From a virus: a stretch of DNA of 64,000 nucleotides. Positions 49,030 through 58,040 of the stretch are shown one piece after another. Position numbers and translations under genes: made by a program. A model generated the notes under the pieces. The model worked only from the letters and a program-made list of their open reading frames with translations. It searched no databases and had not been told where the DNA came from. Numbering within the stretch: the first letter of the stretch is position 1; each line of letters starts with the position of its first letter. The stretch lies in IMG/VR virus record IMGVR_UViG_3300005563_000030, positions 32,001-96,000 of that record. The stretch is one strand, 5' to 3'.

Positions 49030-49101
49030 TTGGCTCTAAGGGGGTTGAACCCTTATCCTTCTCGTTATGAGCGAGCTGCTCCACCTTTGAGCTAAGAGCC
49101 G
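49030..49101 (-). tRNA. tRNA with CAT anticodon, probably Ile2 (lysidine)
   Basis: CTCG-CTCATAA-CGAG arm; Ile2-like CTTAGCTCA 5' region; next to tRNA-Ile; leader 1 contains an ATA codon. Confidence 0.7.
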
Positions 49102-49106
49102 ATATG

Positions 49107-49178
49107 TACTCTCGAAGGGTTTCGATCCCTCTTCTACACCTTGAAAGGGTGTCATCCTAGCCACTAGACGACGAGAGC
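49107..49178 (-). tRNA. trnE: tRNA-Glu(TTC)
   Basis: ACACC-CTTTCAA-GGTGT arm. Confidence 0.85.
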
Positions 49179-49227
49179 TGGTGTACAGACTATCACTGAC
49201 CTTGGTAACTGACTTTCACAGATTTTG

Positions 49228-49298
49228 TGCGCTACTGGGGAGTCGAACCCCACCCCTCTGATTGGAAGTCAGATAGACTACCGAAATCCTTGTAACGC
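49228..49298 (-). tRNA. trnG: tRNA-Gly(TCC)
   Basis: TCTGA-CTTCCAA-TCAGA arm. Confidence 0.8.
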
Positions 49299-49305
49299 AT
49301 ATAAG

Positions 49306-49378
49306 AAGAGCTGGAGGGATTCAAACCCCCGACGTTCTGTTTAGAAAACAGACATTCTGTTCCCTGAATTACAGCTCT
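49306..49378 (-). tRNA. trnR: tRNA-Arg(TCT)
   Basis: TCTGT-TTTCTAA-ACAGA arm. Confidence 0.75.
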
Positions 49379-49379
49379 G

Positions 49380-49453
49380 AGGACTAGGAGCGAGTCGAAC
49401 GCTCATGTTCCCGCTTCGTAGGCGGGAGCTCTATCCAGTTAAGCTACCAGTCC
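49380..49453 (-). tRNA. trnR: tRNA-Arg(ACG)
   Basis: CCCGC-CTACGAA-GCGGG arm. Confidence 0.85.
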
Positions 49454-49462
49454 TTATTTATG

Positions 49463-49533
49463 TACCCCCGCACGGTAACGATCCGTGTTCTACTGGTTAA
49501 AAGCCAGTAGCTTCACCTTAAAGCTTCGAGGGT
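49463..49533 (-). tRNA. trnK: tRNA-Lys(TTT)
   Basis: ACTGG-CTTTTAA-CCAGT arm. Confidence 0.8.
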
Positions 49534-49535
49534 AT

Positions 49536-49576
49536 AAAAACCAAAACCCCCAAGCTTCTTTAAGGCTCAGGGGTTC
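49536..49576 (-). terminator. Attenuator terminator of tRNA operon 1
   Basis: CCCCTGAGC...GCTTGGGGG followed by TTTTGGTTTTT; 5' arm GAACCCCTGAGCC complementary to leader GGCTCAGGTGGTTC. Confidence 0.8.
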
Positions 49577-49604
49577 GATGTTATGACACACATTAATTAA
49601 GTCA

Positions 49605-49682
49605 TTAGCAAATAGAACCACCTGAGCCACATTTGACAATGCGCTCTGCTCCTCTACCCGCTATAATGACTAATAAACTCAT
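49605..49682 (-). CDS. Leader peptide 1, MSLLVIIAGRGAERIVKCGSGGSIC
   Basis: Translated by hand; lies between promoter TATATTTG (49700-49707) and the attenuator. Confidence 0.75.
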   Translation of the reverse strand: MSLLVIIAGRGAERIVKCGSGGSIC

Positions 49683-49699
49683 TTCTTTAAATTATAATA

Positions 49700-49724
49700 C
49701 AAATATACGAAAACTTTTTTACAA
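49700..49724 (-). promoter_or_regulatory. Bacteroidota promoter for tRNA operon 1
   Basis: TATATTTG with upstream TTG. Confidence 0.7.
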
Positions 49725-50117
49725 TTCCAAATCTTCTTCATCACCTTCTATACTTTCGTCTTCAGGAATGTCATCTTCATAATCCAAAGGTGTGCAATCC
49801 ATAATCTGTACACCCATTTGTTCCATATACAATTCCATGAAATCTGAGAAACCTGCTTTTACTATTAAAGAACTCTCAGCCTTTCTGAAATGAATTGTGA
49901 CATGATCCTTTTCTTTAGCTCTATTAAAGTGATGAATATCTTTTAAATCAAATACTACAGGACCATATTCATGCACAATATCCATCATAATCATGCTATC
50001 TTCTGGACCTTCATCTCCATTAATGAGACGGTTTAATTCTGCTTCTTCCCGGTTAGCTTGACTATTACGAGGAGCAAGCTCCGACCATCTCGCTAACATT
50101 TTTACAATTGTACTCAT
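49719..50117 (-). CDS. Hypothetical protein with acidic C-terminus
   Basis: ORF track. Confidence 0.55.
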   Translation of the reverse strand: MSTIVKMLARWSELAPRNSQANREEAELNRLINGDEGPEDSMIMMDIVHEYGPVVFDLKDIHHFNRAKEKDHVTIHFRKAESSLIVKAGFSDFMELYMEQMGVQIMDCTPLDYEDDIPEDESIEGDEEDLEL

Positions 50118-50314
50118 TTTTCTAAGTTTAATATTTTTGAAAGATCACCATCTGTTTTCTCTATAATCTCAATTAATGTATTAATATTTGATGAAGAAAT
50201 AGGCTCTTTCTTTCCATTAAAGTAATCGAGGTAATCCTCTCTAGTAAACGCACACCATTTATGGGTGTATATATTATAGTGGAATAACCACTTATAAAGG
50301 TTTGTATTATTCAT
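50114..50314 (-). CDS. Hypothetical protein (start uncertain; shorter than ORF-track call)
   Basis: WLFHYNIYTHKWCAF core; the upstream part of the ORF looks non-coding. Confidence 0.45.
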   Translation of the reverse strand: MNNTNLYKWLFHYNIYTHKWCAFTREDYLDYFNGKKEPISSSNINTLIEIIEKTDGDLSKILNLEK

Positions 50315-50612
50315 ATTTTGCTTATTCATATGATATTCAAGTAGTTCTAAAGACTTTCTATAAATATTGTAATTCATATACAAATGTACACAGAATAGTT
50401 GAAAACTCCAAATAAAAAAGGAAGTATTTCTACTTCCTACTGTACTATTAATAAATACATATCTTTTACACACTGTTCAGTGAGGGTGAATGGGTGGCAA
50501 TCCCCCACTCTAGTAAGTCTAAATAGCTTTCTCTCTTTGTCATAATCCTGTATTAGATAGTGTGTGTAATTGTCATCAATTACTACATCATTAATTCCTG
50601 CCTTTAGTTCAT

Positions 50613-51080
50613 TCATACTCCCACTAGTTTACAAATCGTTCTAAATGTGTTAATATCAGGACATTTTCCACAGAATAGTCGTTCTCCATCTAGGTTATAA
50701 ATAAATAATTGCTTATCGTATGGTCTATATGAAAGATCATAGTGTCCAGATACTACGAGCATATCATCCAGAAAGTACTCTCCATCTCTTTTTACTACTC
50801 TAGGATGTTCTCTATAGAACCCATTTTTTAAATACTTTGTCCATCCTTCAGCAACTATTTGCTCTTCTGATAAGAAAGGACAGCGTATTTCAGCACATCT
50901 ATCCCAAATAGCTAATGAAAGCACATCATCTATATTACAGTTCCATCCATCTCTAGCTTCTGCGTCAGGATAGAGGATAGTAATAGGTGTATATGTATCT
51001 TCATATCCTAGATTCCAGTTGATTTCTCCTTCCCATCCTACTCTTATTTCTTCTTTTGTAGGGTAATGATACTCAGCCAC
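50613..51080 (-). CDS. Hypothetical protein
   Basis: ORF track. Confidence 0.55.
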   Translation of the reverse strand: MAEYHYPTKEEIRVGWEGEINWNLGYEDTYTPITILYPDAEARDGWNCNIDDVLSLAIWDRCAEIRCPFLSEEQIVAEGWTKYLKNGFYREHPRVVKRDGEYFLDDMLVVSGHYDLSYRPYDKQLFIYNLDGERLFCGKCPDINTFRTICKLVGV

Positions 51081-51100
51081 TGCTTAAAATTTTTTCATTA

Positions 51101-52567
51101 TTAATTACCAAAAGGAATACAAAATCTAAACTTACCTATTTCTGTATTATTAATATAGAAGGGTTTAGATGCTATTTCATCCATTCTGGATAGAAGAGGG
51201 GTAGTGTTGAAGTGCGTTTGCCTGTACAGGCGCCACTTCACCTCGTCGAAATACAGCCCCTTTATTGATTTGCTATAGTAGGCGCGATCTCTCTCCAGCC
51301 ACTGTTTTAACACCTTATAGGGCTCTCTACGAATGGTTATGTGAGTCTCAGGTGCATTGTCAATTTCATCATATCTACTCGCCCAGTCGTTCACGCTCTC
51401 TGCGCTATTCTTCTCTCCTGTCATAACTTTCTAGTTCGTTTTTACATTTTAATACAACATCCTTTATGCTCTGGAATGTTACGTCCTTTAATTCCATTAG
51501 CTCAAATATTGCTACTTTATAAGAAGGATGCGAGTATTGCATCTCCATGTAAATCTTTAGCTTAGGCGCTTGTTCTGGTGTCTCCTTCATTCTTATATGG
51601 GATTGAATAGAACCACTTTTCAGCTTCAGCGTTTTGCTCAAACTCACCAGCAGTTCCGGTGATTAATAAGTTGTTTTTAAACTCTGGACTTATAGCTGGA
51701 AAACACATAGCCATTATTGCTGCTAAGAGCCTCTTTTCCGTATCTGATAATATTATTTCCTCCATATCTCTTATATAATTTACCTGTTATTGATTTTCTT
51801 AGTTTTAAGAACCTAAGTGCTTTTTTCACATAAATCCTTTCATATCCAAGTTCTCTCTCCATAGCTTCATCTAGTAATTCATATCCACCTACTCCTGTGT
51901 AGAGTCTTATTTTACGTTGTGGTGGTTCCTTCTGAAACATCTCTTCCAGTGCCTGTCTCATCCATTCCAAGCTTATATTCTCCATCTGTTTTTTCATCTA
52001 GTTGTCTTAATAATTCCCAAAGTTCATTCATCGGAATACCGCTAGGCTCTCCTTCTATATGCTCTATTTCCACTATATAAGGAACTCTCATATCTGGTGG
52101 TATTTCCCACCCCCATCTTTCAACCTCATCTTTATTAATATATAATGTATGTGTAATAGAATCTGAATTCCTAATTCTTTCTCCTATTTCATTACATCTA
52201 CAAGGTGTGTAGTCACAATACGAACAGTGTGTCATGGTAACGGTTTTCCTACTTTTAAATTAATATAAGCTTCATAGAGCATTTCTTCTGTCATGCTATT
52301 TAATCTTACTTGATTCCATCTCCATTTCTCGTTAGGAAATCCGTCTAACTGACCATATCCTTTCTTATAAGCAACTTCACAGTCCTGATAAGAAGAAGGA
52401 CTTCTTGAACTTAACAAATGAATAAGATCGTCCTTGTCTAAATTTACTGTTAACATTTTTGGTGTGCGTTTAAACGCTTGAAACACTCCACCAGAAGTAC
52501 GCTGGTCTATCTTATTCCAAGCATCAATTGTTCTGTTAATAAAATCCTCAGTTTCTTGGTTTGTCAT
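51101..52567 (-). CDS. Chain of six small overlapping hypothetical ORFs (51101-51424, 51405-51647, 51562-51765, 51677-51997, 51912-52235, 52232-52567)
   Basis: ORF track; co-oriented, individual starts uncertain. Confidence 0.45.
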
Positions 52568-52934
52568 TTTTCTTTAACTTTGGCGCTTTTTCAAAAGCTT
52601 CATTAAAAGCTAGCATTCCTCCTTTCGTACCATAAGACCTATAATCTCCTTGATCTATCCTATACGTATGAGGCGCTATTTTAACTACTCTCATATCAAC
52701 AAACATTTGTTTTCTACTTTTCATTTTATCAATTTTAATAGTGAATCTAATTCTTCTAAATTATCTAATACTATTATAAGAAGTTTAATTCATTTACTAA
52801 ATCCATATTATCTCAATTTTATCATAACCCTTAGGAAGAACAATTCGCTTTAGCGCTTCTACAAAGAGCCAACTTCCAGTGCGGTATTTCATCCTTACAT
52901 AAAGTGTTTTCATACAACAAATTTACAATATTTC

Positions 52935-53459
52935 CTAGAATTTATCAAATTTATTTTCTTCTAAATATTTAATAGCTTCTTGCATAAGTATTATATTATC
53001 TTTAAATTTACCGAGCCCTCCATTACAATCTGTACATAGTAAGCCTCTTACTTTACCAGTAGTATGACAATGATCTACATCTAATAGCTGTCTTGTTACT
53101 TGTAAATAATGAGTACCACATATTTTACAACACTCATTCTGTTCTTTTAAGAGATTATCATAACCTTCTAAAGTAAGTCCGTACTTTCTAAGTGTGTGTT
53201 TTCTGCTTATAATTTTTCTAGCTTCAAGGTTTTTCTTAGACCAGTTATTACTTCTTTCTCTCATACGAGTTATTCTCTGAGAATTTCCCGAATAACCTCT
53301 TACTTTTCGTCTTGCATCCTTCGCTTTATTGTCACACCTCTTACAAGTAGATCTATAAAAATAACTTCTTGTACCATCCTTTAATATATTAAAACTTCTC
53401 ACCATTTTATCAAGCTCTTTCTCTTCACCACATTTGGCGCATAATTTTTTTTCGCACAT
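52935..53459 (-). CDS. Endonuclease VII-family (HNH-like) endonuclease, probably homing type
   Basis: CAKC...CKRC zinc finger; KYGLT..Y..L...Q..CCKIC and DVDHCHTTGKVRGLLCTDCNGGLG motifs. Confidence 0.85.
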   Translation of the reverse strand: MCEKKLCAKCGEEKELDKMVRSFNILKDGTRSYFYRSTCKRCDNKAKDARRKVRGYSGNSQRITRMRERSNNWSKKNLEARKIISRKHTLRKYGLTLEGYDNLLKEQNECCKICGTHYLQVTRQLLDVDHCHTTGKVRGLLCTDCNGGLGKFKDNIILMQEAIKYLEENKFDKF

Positions 53460-53630
53460 TTTTATTTTTTTGTTTTTTAAAAATACTACTAATTTTTTAT
53501 ATTTCCAAGCCGGGGAGGTAATTTTTTTCATTTTTTTTATATATACCCCCTCTTAGGCCCAGTAACAACCACTCCCCGCCTTAAATCTAGCGGTGCGATA
53601 GGGCCCCGTAGACTTAAAAAACTCTACTTT

Positions 53631-53984
53631 ATGAAATTACAATTCACAATTGAGAACATCACTGAATCAAATGGTGGAAAGACATTAGTTTTAAAGCTTA
53701 CTCAGAAGATTGCAATGTTTGGAATTGCAGATGCTAAAAAGCAGACATTCTATCTGGGTGGTGTTAACATTGCTGCCAAGGATAAGATTGCAGTTGGACA
53801 GGTTGTTGAGGAAGACCTCACGAGGTTTTGGATTGTTGAGCGTGAGACTATGCTAATTGAAGAGAATGGTAAAGGCACCTTCATGACTCTTGAAGAAGCT
53901 GAGAAGTCTGGTAAGAAAGGCATTGTCATGAAAATGAAATGGCTGCATGATAAAATGATGTACCCTGAAAAGCCTGCTGCATAA
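53631..53984 (+). CDS. Hypothetical early protein, first gene of the plus-strand block
   Basis: ORF track; clean ORF after the strand switch. Confidence 0.65.
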   Translation: MKLQFTIENITESNGGKTLVLKLTQKIAMFGIADAKKQTFYLGGVNIAAKDKIAVGQVVEEDLTRFWIVERETMLIEENGKGTFMTLEEAEKSGKKGIVMKMKWLHDKMMYPEKPAA

Positions 53985-54173
53985 GCAGCTTTTCTTTTAA
54001 TTCATATTGGACAGTTGCAGACTAGTGACTGTCCTTTTATTCTTAAAGTCGAGTCGCAGAGTACACATTCTATGTTGTAGTGAATGTGTGCGTCTGTATT
54101 ATTAATCAACAAATTGCTTGTTATGAACAAAGATATTATGCTTGAGAATGACTTATATGAGCATTCAGCAGAA

Positions 54174-54224
54174 TAATTAGAAATTATCTAATTTAGGTCG
54201 GCACCTAATTAGAAATTATCTAAT
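54174..54224. repeat. 19-bp direct repeat TAATTAGAAATTATCTAAT x2
   Basis: Copies at 54174-54192 and 54206-54224, each with ATTAGA/TCTAAT dyad symmetry. Confidence 0.85.
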
Positions 54225-55127
54225 ATAAACGCATTCAATTGGACGGTTTCTAACCAAATGGTTTATTTCGGGAGAAAAATGAGAGTGATAACACATGAAA
54301 GAAGTCCTATTCTTAGGCTAGTGAGATGTGTTATCCTCTTTATTCTTTACTATTCTTATAAGAAACAAACAGATTAATATGAAAGTATTAGCTATTTGGC
54401 TGACTATTATTGCAATTGTGTTCATATTTAGTTGGTTAATCATGAGAAAGGTGAAGAATGATGATGACGAATAAGTTTTTGTGGGTGTGGAGTGGTTGAG
54501 ACTGAGTAAAACACACTCTAATAGACATATTTCTACCTGTGTAGGAATAAGCACTAACAATAATTAATTCTATTGCATTTATGAAACATATTTGTTATAA
54601 ATCCAGAAAACAATTAGTCTCTATATACGGAGAGAGTATTGGTAATATATTACATAAAGTAATAGTTAATAGGAGAGAAAGAAATAGAATATCTGGTGTA
54701 GTAGAGAATTGGTTTAGTTTCAGTCTCTATCCTGAGTCAGGACATTTACTATTGGCTTCATTCTGTAAATAATTAGAGAGCTATTAATTTAGCTCTCTTT
54801 AAATACTATTAAATATATGTTTATACACACTAAAAGTGGAGAAGTTTACAAGACAGGTGAAATATTTATTAATATAGAAGATAATTCTATTTCATTTGAG
54901 GATTATTATAGTGAAGTGGCTCCTCAGAAGAATATAGCGCTTGTAAACATCGAGAAAATCATTGATCACACAGTCTAAATTGTCTCCTATATGAAGAAAT
55001 GGATTCCTATTTATGGGCTCTATAAGTATGTTCATTTAGAGCATTCTAATCTCAGAGGCCCATTTATTTCCTATCATTTACTCTGTTTTGCACTGTTAGT
55101 TGTAGCGATATTTGCAGGCATTCAGGT

Positions 55128-55556
55128 ATGGGTGTATTATTTAACTCACCACTAATCTCTTCTATTATGGACTTTAACAGAATAGGTATTAATGACACAC
55201 ATATATATGGTAGTTTGTTCATTAATACTCGAATGGTCATAGATATGAATAATATGATTGTTCATTCTATTGAATGTGAAGTTTATGATAATGAGGGGCA
55301 TAAGGTGGTATTTAATGGTACATACGAAGAGTGTTATAACTATATTCTCAATCTTAATAAAGGGGTTGAGAATGTGGTTAATGCTATAGCACGAGGCCCA
55401 GTAACGCCGTATGAATTCGGGTTTGAAGCTGGGCTTAATCAAAGTAACGATCCCAATCCTTGGCAGGTTGATACAATTGAATGGGATGATTGGAATATGG
55501 GATATAAAGACGGATTACATGAACACGAAAGCGAGGACAATCCAAGAGAGGATTAA
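55128..55556 (+). CDS. Hypothetical protein(s)
   Basis: ORF track; start uncertain. Confidence 0.4.
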   Translation: MGVLFNSPLISSIMDFNRIGINDTHIYGSLFINTRMVIDMNNMIVHSIECEVYDNEGHKVVFNGTYEECYNYILNLNKGVENVVNAIARGPVTPYEFGFEAGLNQSNDPNPWQVDTIEWDDWNMGYKDGLHEHESEDNPRED

Positions 55557-55992
55557 ACAATTGCTAGAACGCAATAACATATCCTACTCTCGCCATACAG
55601 CAGATATTGGGGAGTATTATATGGTGATAGGATCAATAAGAGGCAGGGATTCACGGATTCCTGCTTCTATTGTACAAGAACTATTACATATGACTGTTCA
55701 TTCTGCTGTTAAGATTGGGGCTGTAATAGACCCAATTGACAAAACACGTGCTAATATAGCAATTTATTTCTAAATTATGTATTATGTACGAATTGACATT
55801 AGAGGAGATTAATTTCCTCAGATGGCTATTGGATAGAAACCAATCAGCTAGTAGTGAGTTAGATGTGGAAATTAAAGTTCTACTGTCTGATTATCAAGCA
55901 GAGCTGTTGGCTTCTATCCAGAACAAGTTAAAATGGTTATCATCTTATTAATCAAAAGCCACTAGGAATGGTGGATAAACTATTCAACTCTC

Positions 55993-56355
55993 ATGAATCT
56001 CGATACTATTTTACGGATTCTCTATGCTAATAACATGACAGAAGTTATTGTATTAGCTACAAAGATTGACAACAATGTTACTAGTCCAGAAGATAAAATG
56101 GCTGGTCAAACTGTTAGTGTTCGCGTTAATAAGGAGGATCTTGCTAAATTAGGTTTGAAACCAAAAGACCCTAATAGCAGAGAACATTGGTTCAATGTTG
56201 AATTTCCTGTTCTTGCAGTTAATCAATACGCTCTGAAAGAGAAGTATTTGGTTGAAGTGTTGGGAAAGGCCAAGTGGGTAAGTGATGAAGAGATTGGATA
56301 TGGTGTTGCTGAACCTGTTGAAGAATACGCCGCTAATATTGCACCAATTAATTAA
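55993..56355 (+). CDS. Hypothetical early protein
   Basis: ORF track. Confidence 0.55.
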   Translation: MNLDTILRILYANNMTEVIVLATKIDNNVTSPEDKMAGQTVSVRVNKEDLAKLGLKPKDPNSREHWFNVEFPVLAVNQYALKEKYLVEVLGKAKWVSDEEIGYGVAEPVEEYAANIAPIN

Positions 56356-56622
56356 TATTCTTTTGATTAACCCAATATCCAGAAATGGTGAGGGTTAATC
56401 TCCCTATTATTATGGAAACACAAAAAGATATTATTAGTTATCTCAATAAGAATGGAATAATATATAATGAAGCTAGACACACTCAGCGTGCATTATTATT
56501 ATCTGTTGACACAATAAATCGTTCTAGGACTAAGAAATTATTAGACCTTGGCGTTACTGAATTCACGGCAGTATCAGACCGTGGAGTTATCAAGATTTGT
56601 ATAACATTTTAACAGAAATGCT

Positions 56623-56874
56623 ATGTTAGACAATAAAGACGATAATATTGAAACTCGTTCAGTTTCTGAATTAGTAGGATATGAAAATCTACCAGAAGCC
56701 AATTATGGTAGTTACAGTGACATATCGGACATTCAAGGACGTATTTGTGAGATTGATGATATGTTGAATGATTTACACATTCAGTATGATTATGAGTATA
56801 ATACTGAAATAGGTGAACAAATTCAAAAGTTAGAAGCTGAACGTAGGGAACTCGTTGCAAAGACATTAAGATAA
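56623..56874 (+). CDS. Hypothetical acidic coiled-coil protein
   Basis: ORF track. Confidence 0.5.
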   Translation: MLDNKDDNIETRSVSELVGYENLPEANYGSYSDISDIQGRICEIDDMLNDLHIQYDYEYNTEIGEQIQKLEAERRELVAKTLR

Positions 56875-57054
56875 TAAAGAATTTTTCATATGGCAAGCAA
56901 TCGTTGAGTCCCGGTGTGTCTACATTGGGGCTATTTCTTTTAAGCTTGTTAAAACTAATTGCGGTGGCGAACTACTAGTATTCCTGTGTAAACCTGTCCA
57001 ACATAGAGAGTATTGATTAGATAGGCTGCCGCATTTTTTTCTTTTAATCCTCAA

Positions 57055-57387
57055 ATGTACATTATGTACCTTATAACTCCCGATCAGAAAAACTTCTTAC
57101 GCGTGTTCGACAGAGAAATAGCTGAAAGACTCGCGGATAATATTGGTGGTACGATAATGACTACCATTAAGCCTACTGAAATAACTGTCATTAGTTATAA
57201 TGGCGAGGATATTCATTTGGCTATTTTTAAGCGTGATGAAGGTGTTACCTATGCACATATGAATAAATTAGAGTACACCACTAACTTCGGAGAGACAATT
57301 GATGGTAAATACTATCACTTCGGAGAAAAAGTCGTGCTAAGAGTGAACAAAACTGATTTTCCTGAAATTAAGCGTAAAAATAGTTAG
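57055..57387 (+). CDS. Hypothetical protein
   Basis: ORF track. Confidence 0.5.
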   Translation: MYIMYLITPDQKNFLRVFDREIAERLADNIGGTIMTTIKPTEITVISYNGEDIHLAIFKRDEGVTYAHMNKLEYTTNFGETIDGKYYHFGEKVVLRVNKTDFPEIKRKNS

Positions 57388-57388
57388 T

Positions 57389-57712
57389 ATGAAAGATTTA
57401 ATAATCAGCGCATTAGCTTGTGTATTTGTAATGTCTTTGGCTTTTATTATGGGACAAGCATGGACAAATCAGCAATGGAAAGAACGCATTTACCAATGGG
57501 ATTGTAATGATCTCAACAACTTCTATTCAAATAGTTCATGGAAATATCAGGAGGGACATAAATTAGATCTTCCTGAAGAAATATCTCAATTAGAAGTTTA
57601 CGATTGTGATAGTGTAGATCTCATGGCATCATTTATTGATGACGTTGGAGATATACGTTTTTTATATACTGGGAAGAAATATCCTAGTGATTCCTTACTT
57701 TTAACCCGTTAA
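57389..57712 (+). CDS. Hypothetical membrane-anchored protein
   Basis: N-terminal hydrophobic helix. Confidence 0.5.
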   Translation: MKDLIISALACVFVMSLAFIMGQAWTNQQWKERIYQWDCNDLNNFYSNSSWKYQEGHKLDLPEEISQLEVYDCDSVDLMASFIDDVGDIRFLYTGKKYPSDSLLLTR

Positions 57713-57715
57713 GTT

Positions 57716-57910
57716 ATGTATGTAGTATTCGACGATGGCACAGTCCATGAAACAGATGATTTGAAATTGGATCATAAAGAAAATATTGCTGCGTATACCG
57801 CAAAGCATGATAATGATCCAAGACAGGTGGATATTGGTAGAATTGAGTCGTTCTCAAATATCTACGTTGCACCTGTTCGCAAGATAGATCCTGATCTTGT
57901 GCATGGTTAA
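57716..57910 (+). CDS. Hypothetical protein
   Basis: ORF track. Confidence 0.45.
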   Translation: MYVVFDDGTVHETDDLKLDHKENIAAYTAKHDNDPRQVDIGRIESFSNIYVAPVRKIDPDLVHG

Positions 57911-57966
57911 GTCTTTAAGTAATTCATAAAGTATATATTGTAGGGGAGCCATTTCTATGGTTCCCA

Positions 57967-58022
57967 TCTGTATGTGGACTATTGTTCACACTGATGATGG
58001 CGTAATTGAGCGCCGAAACAGA
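57967..58022 (+). ncRNA. Type III hammerhead ribozyme
   Basis: Stem III UCUGU/ACAGA, cleavage triplet GUA (57970-57972), stem I UGUGGA/UUCACA, core CUGAUGA, stem II GGCG/CGCC, core GAAA. Confidence 0.85.
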
Positions 58023-58040
58023 AATATTCAAACCATTAAG

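Noticed and set aside
47554-49227. Theta/HDV-like ribozymes after tRNAs
   Set aside because: Could not find the nested P1/P3/L3 pattern by eye in any spacer
47803-49707. T-box riboswitches as the explanation for the tRNA leaders
   Set aside because: No T-box UGGNACC motif or stem I; leaders are short and contain open, codon-biased ORFs instead
51405-52235. Repeated 80-90 nt gene overlaps as programmed frameshifting
   Set aside because: No slippery sites seen; uncertain starts and tolerant C-terminal tails explain them
1-53500. Stop-codon reassignment (code 15 or 4) as in some crAss-like phages
   Set aside because: Long late genes are intact in the standard code and no CUA/UCA suppressor tRNA is present. 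Loops containing CTA or TCA resolve to Asp(GTC), Arg(TCT) and Glu(TTC) when centred properly.
54174-54224. Mini CRISPR array
   Set aside because: Only two 19-bp copies with a 13-bp spacer and no cas genes
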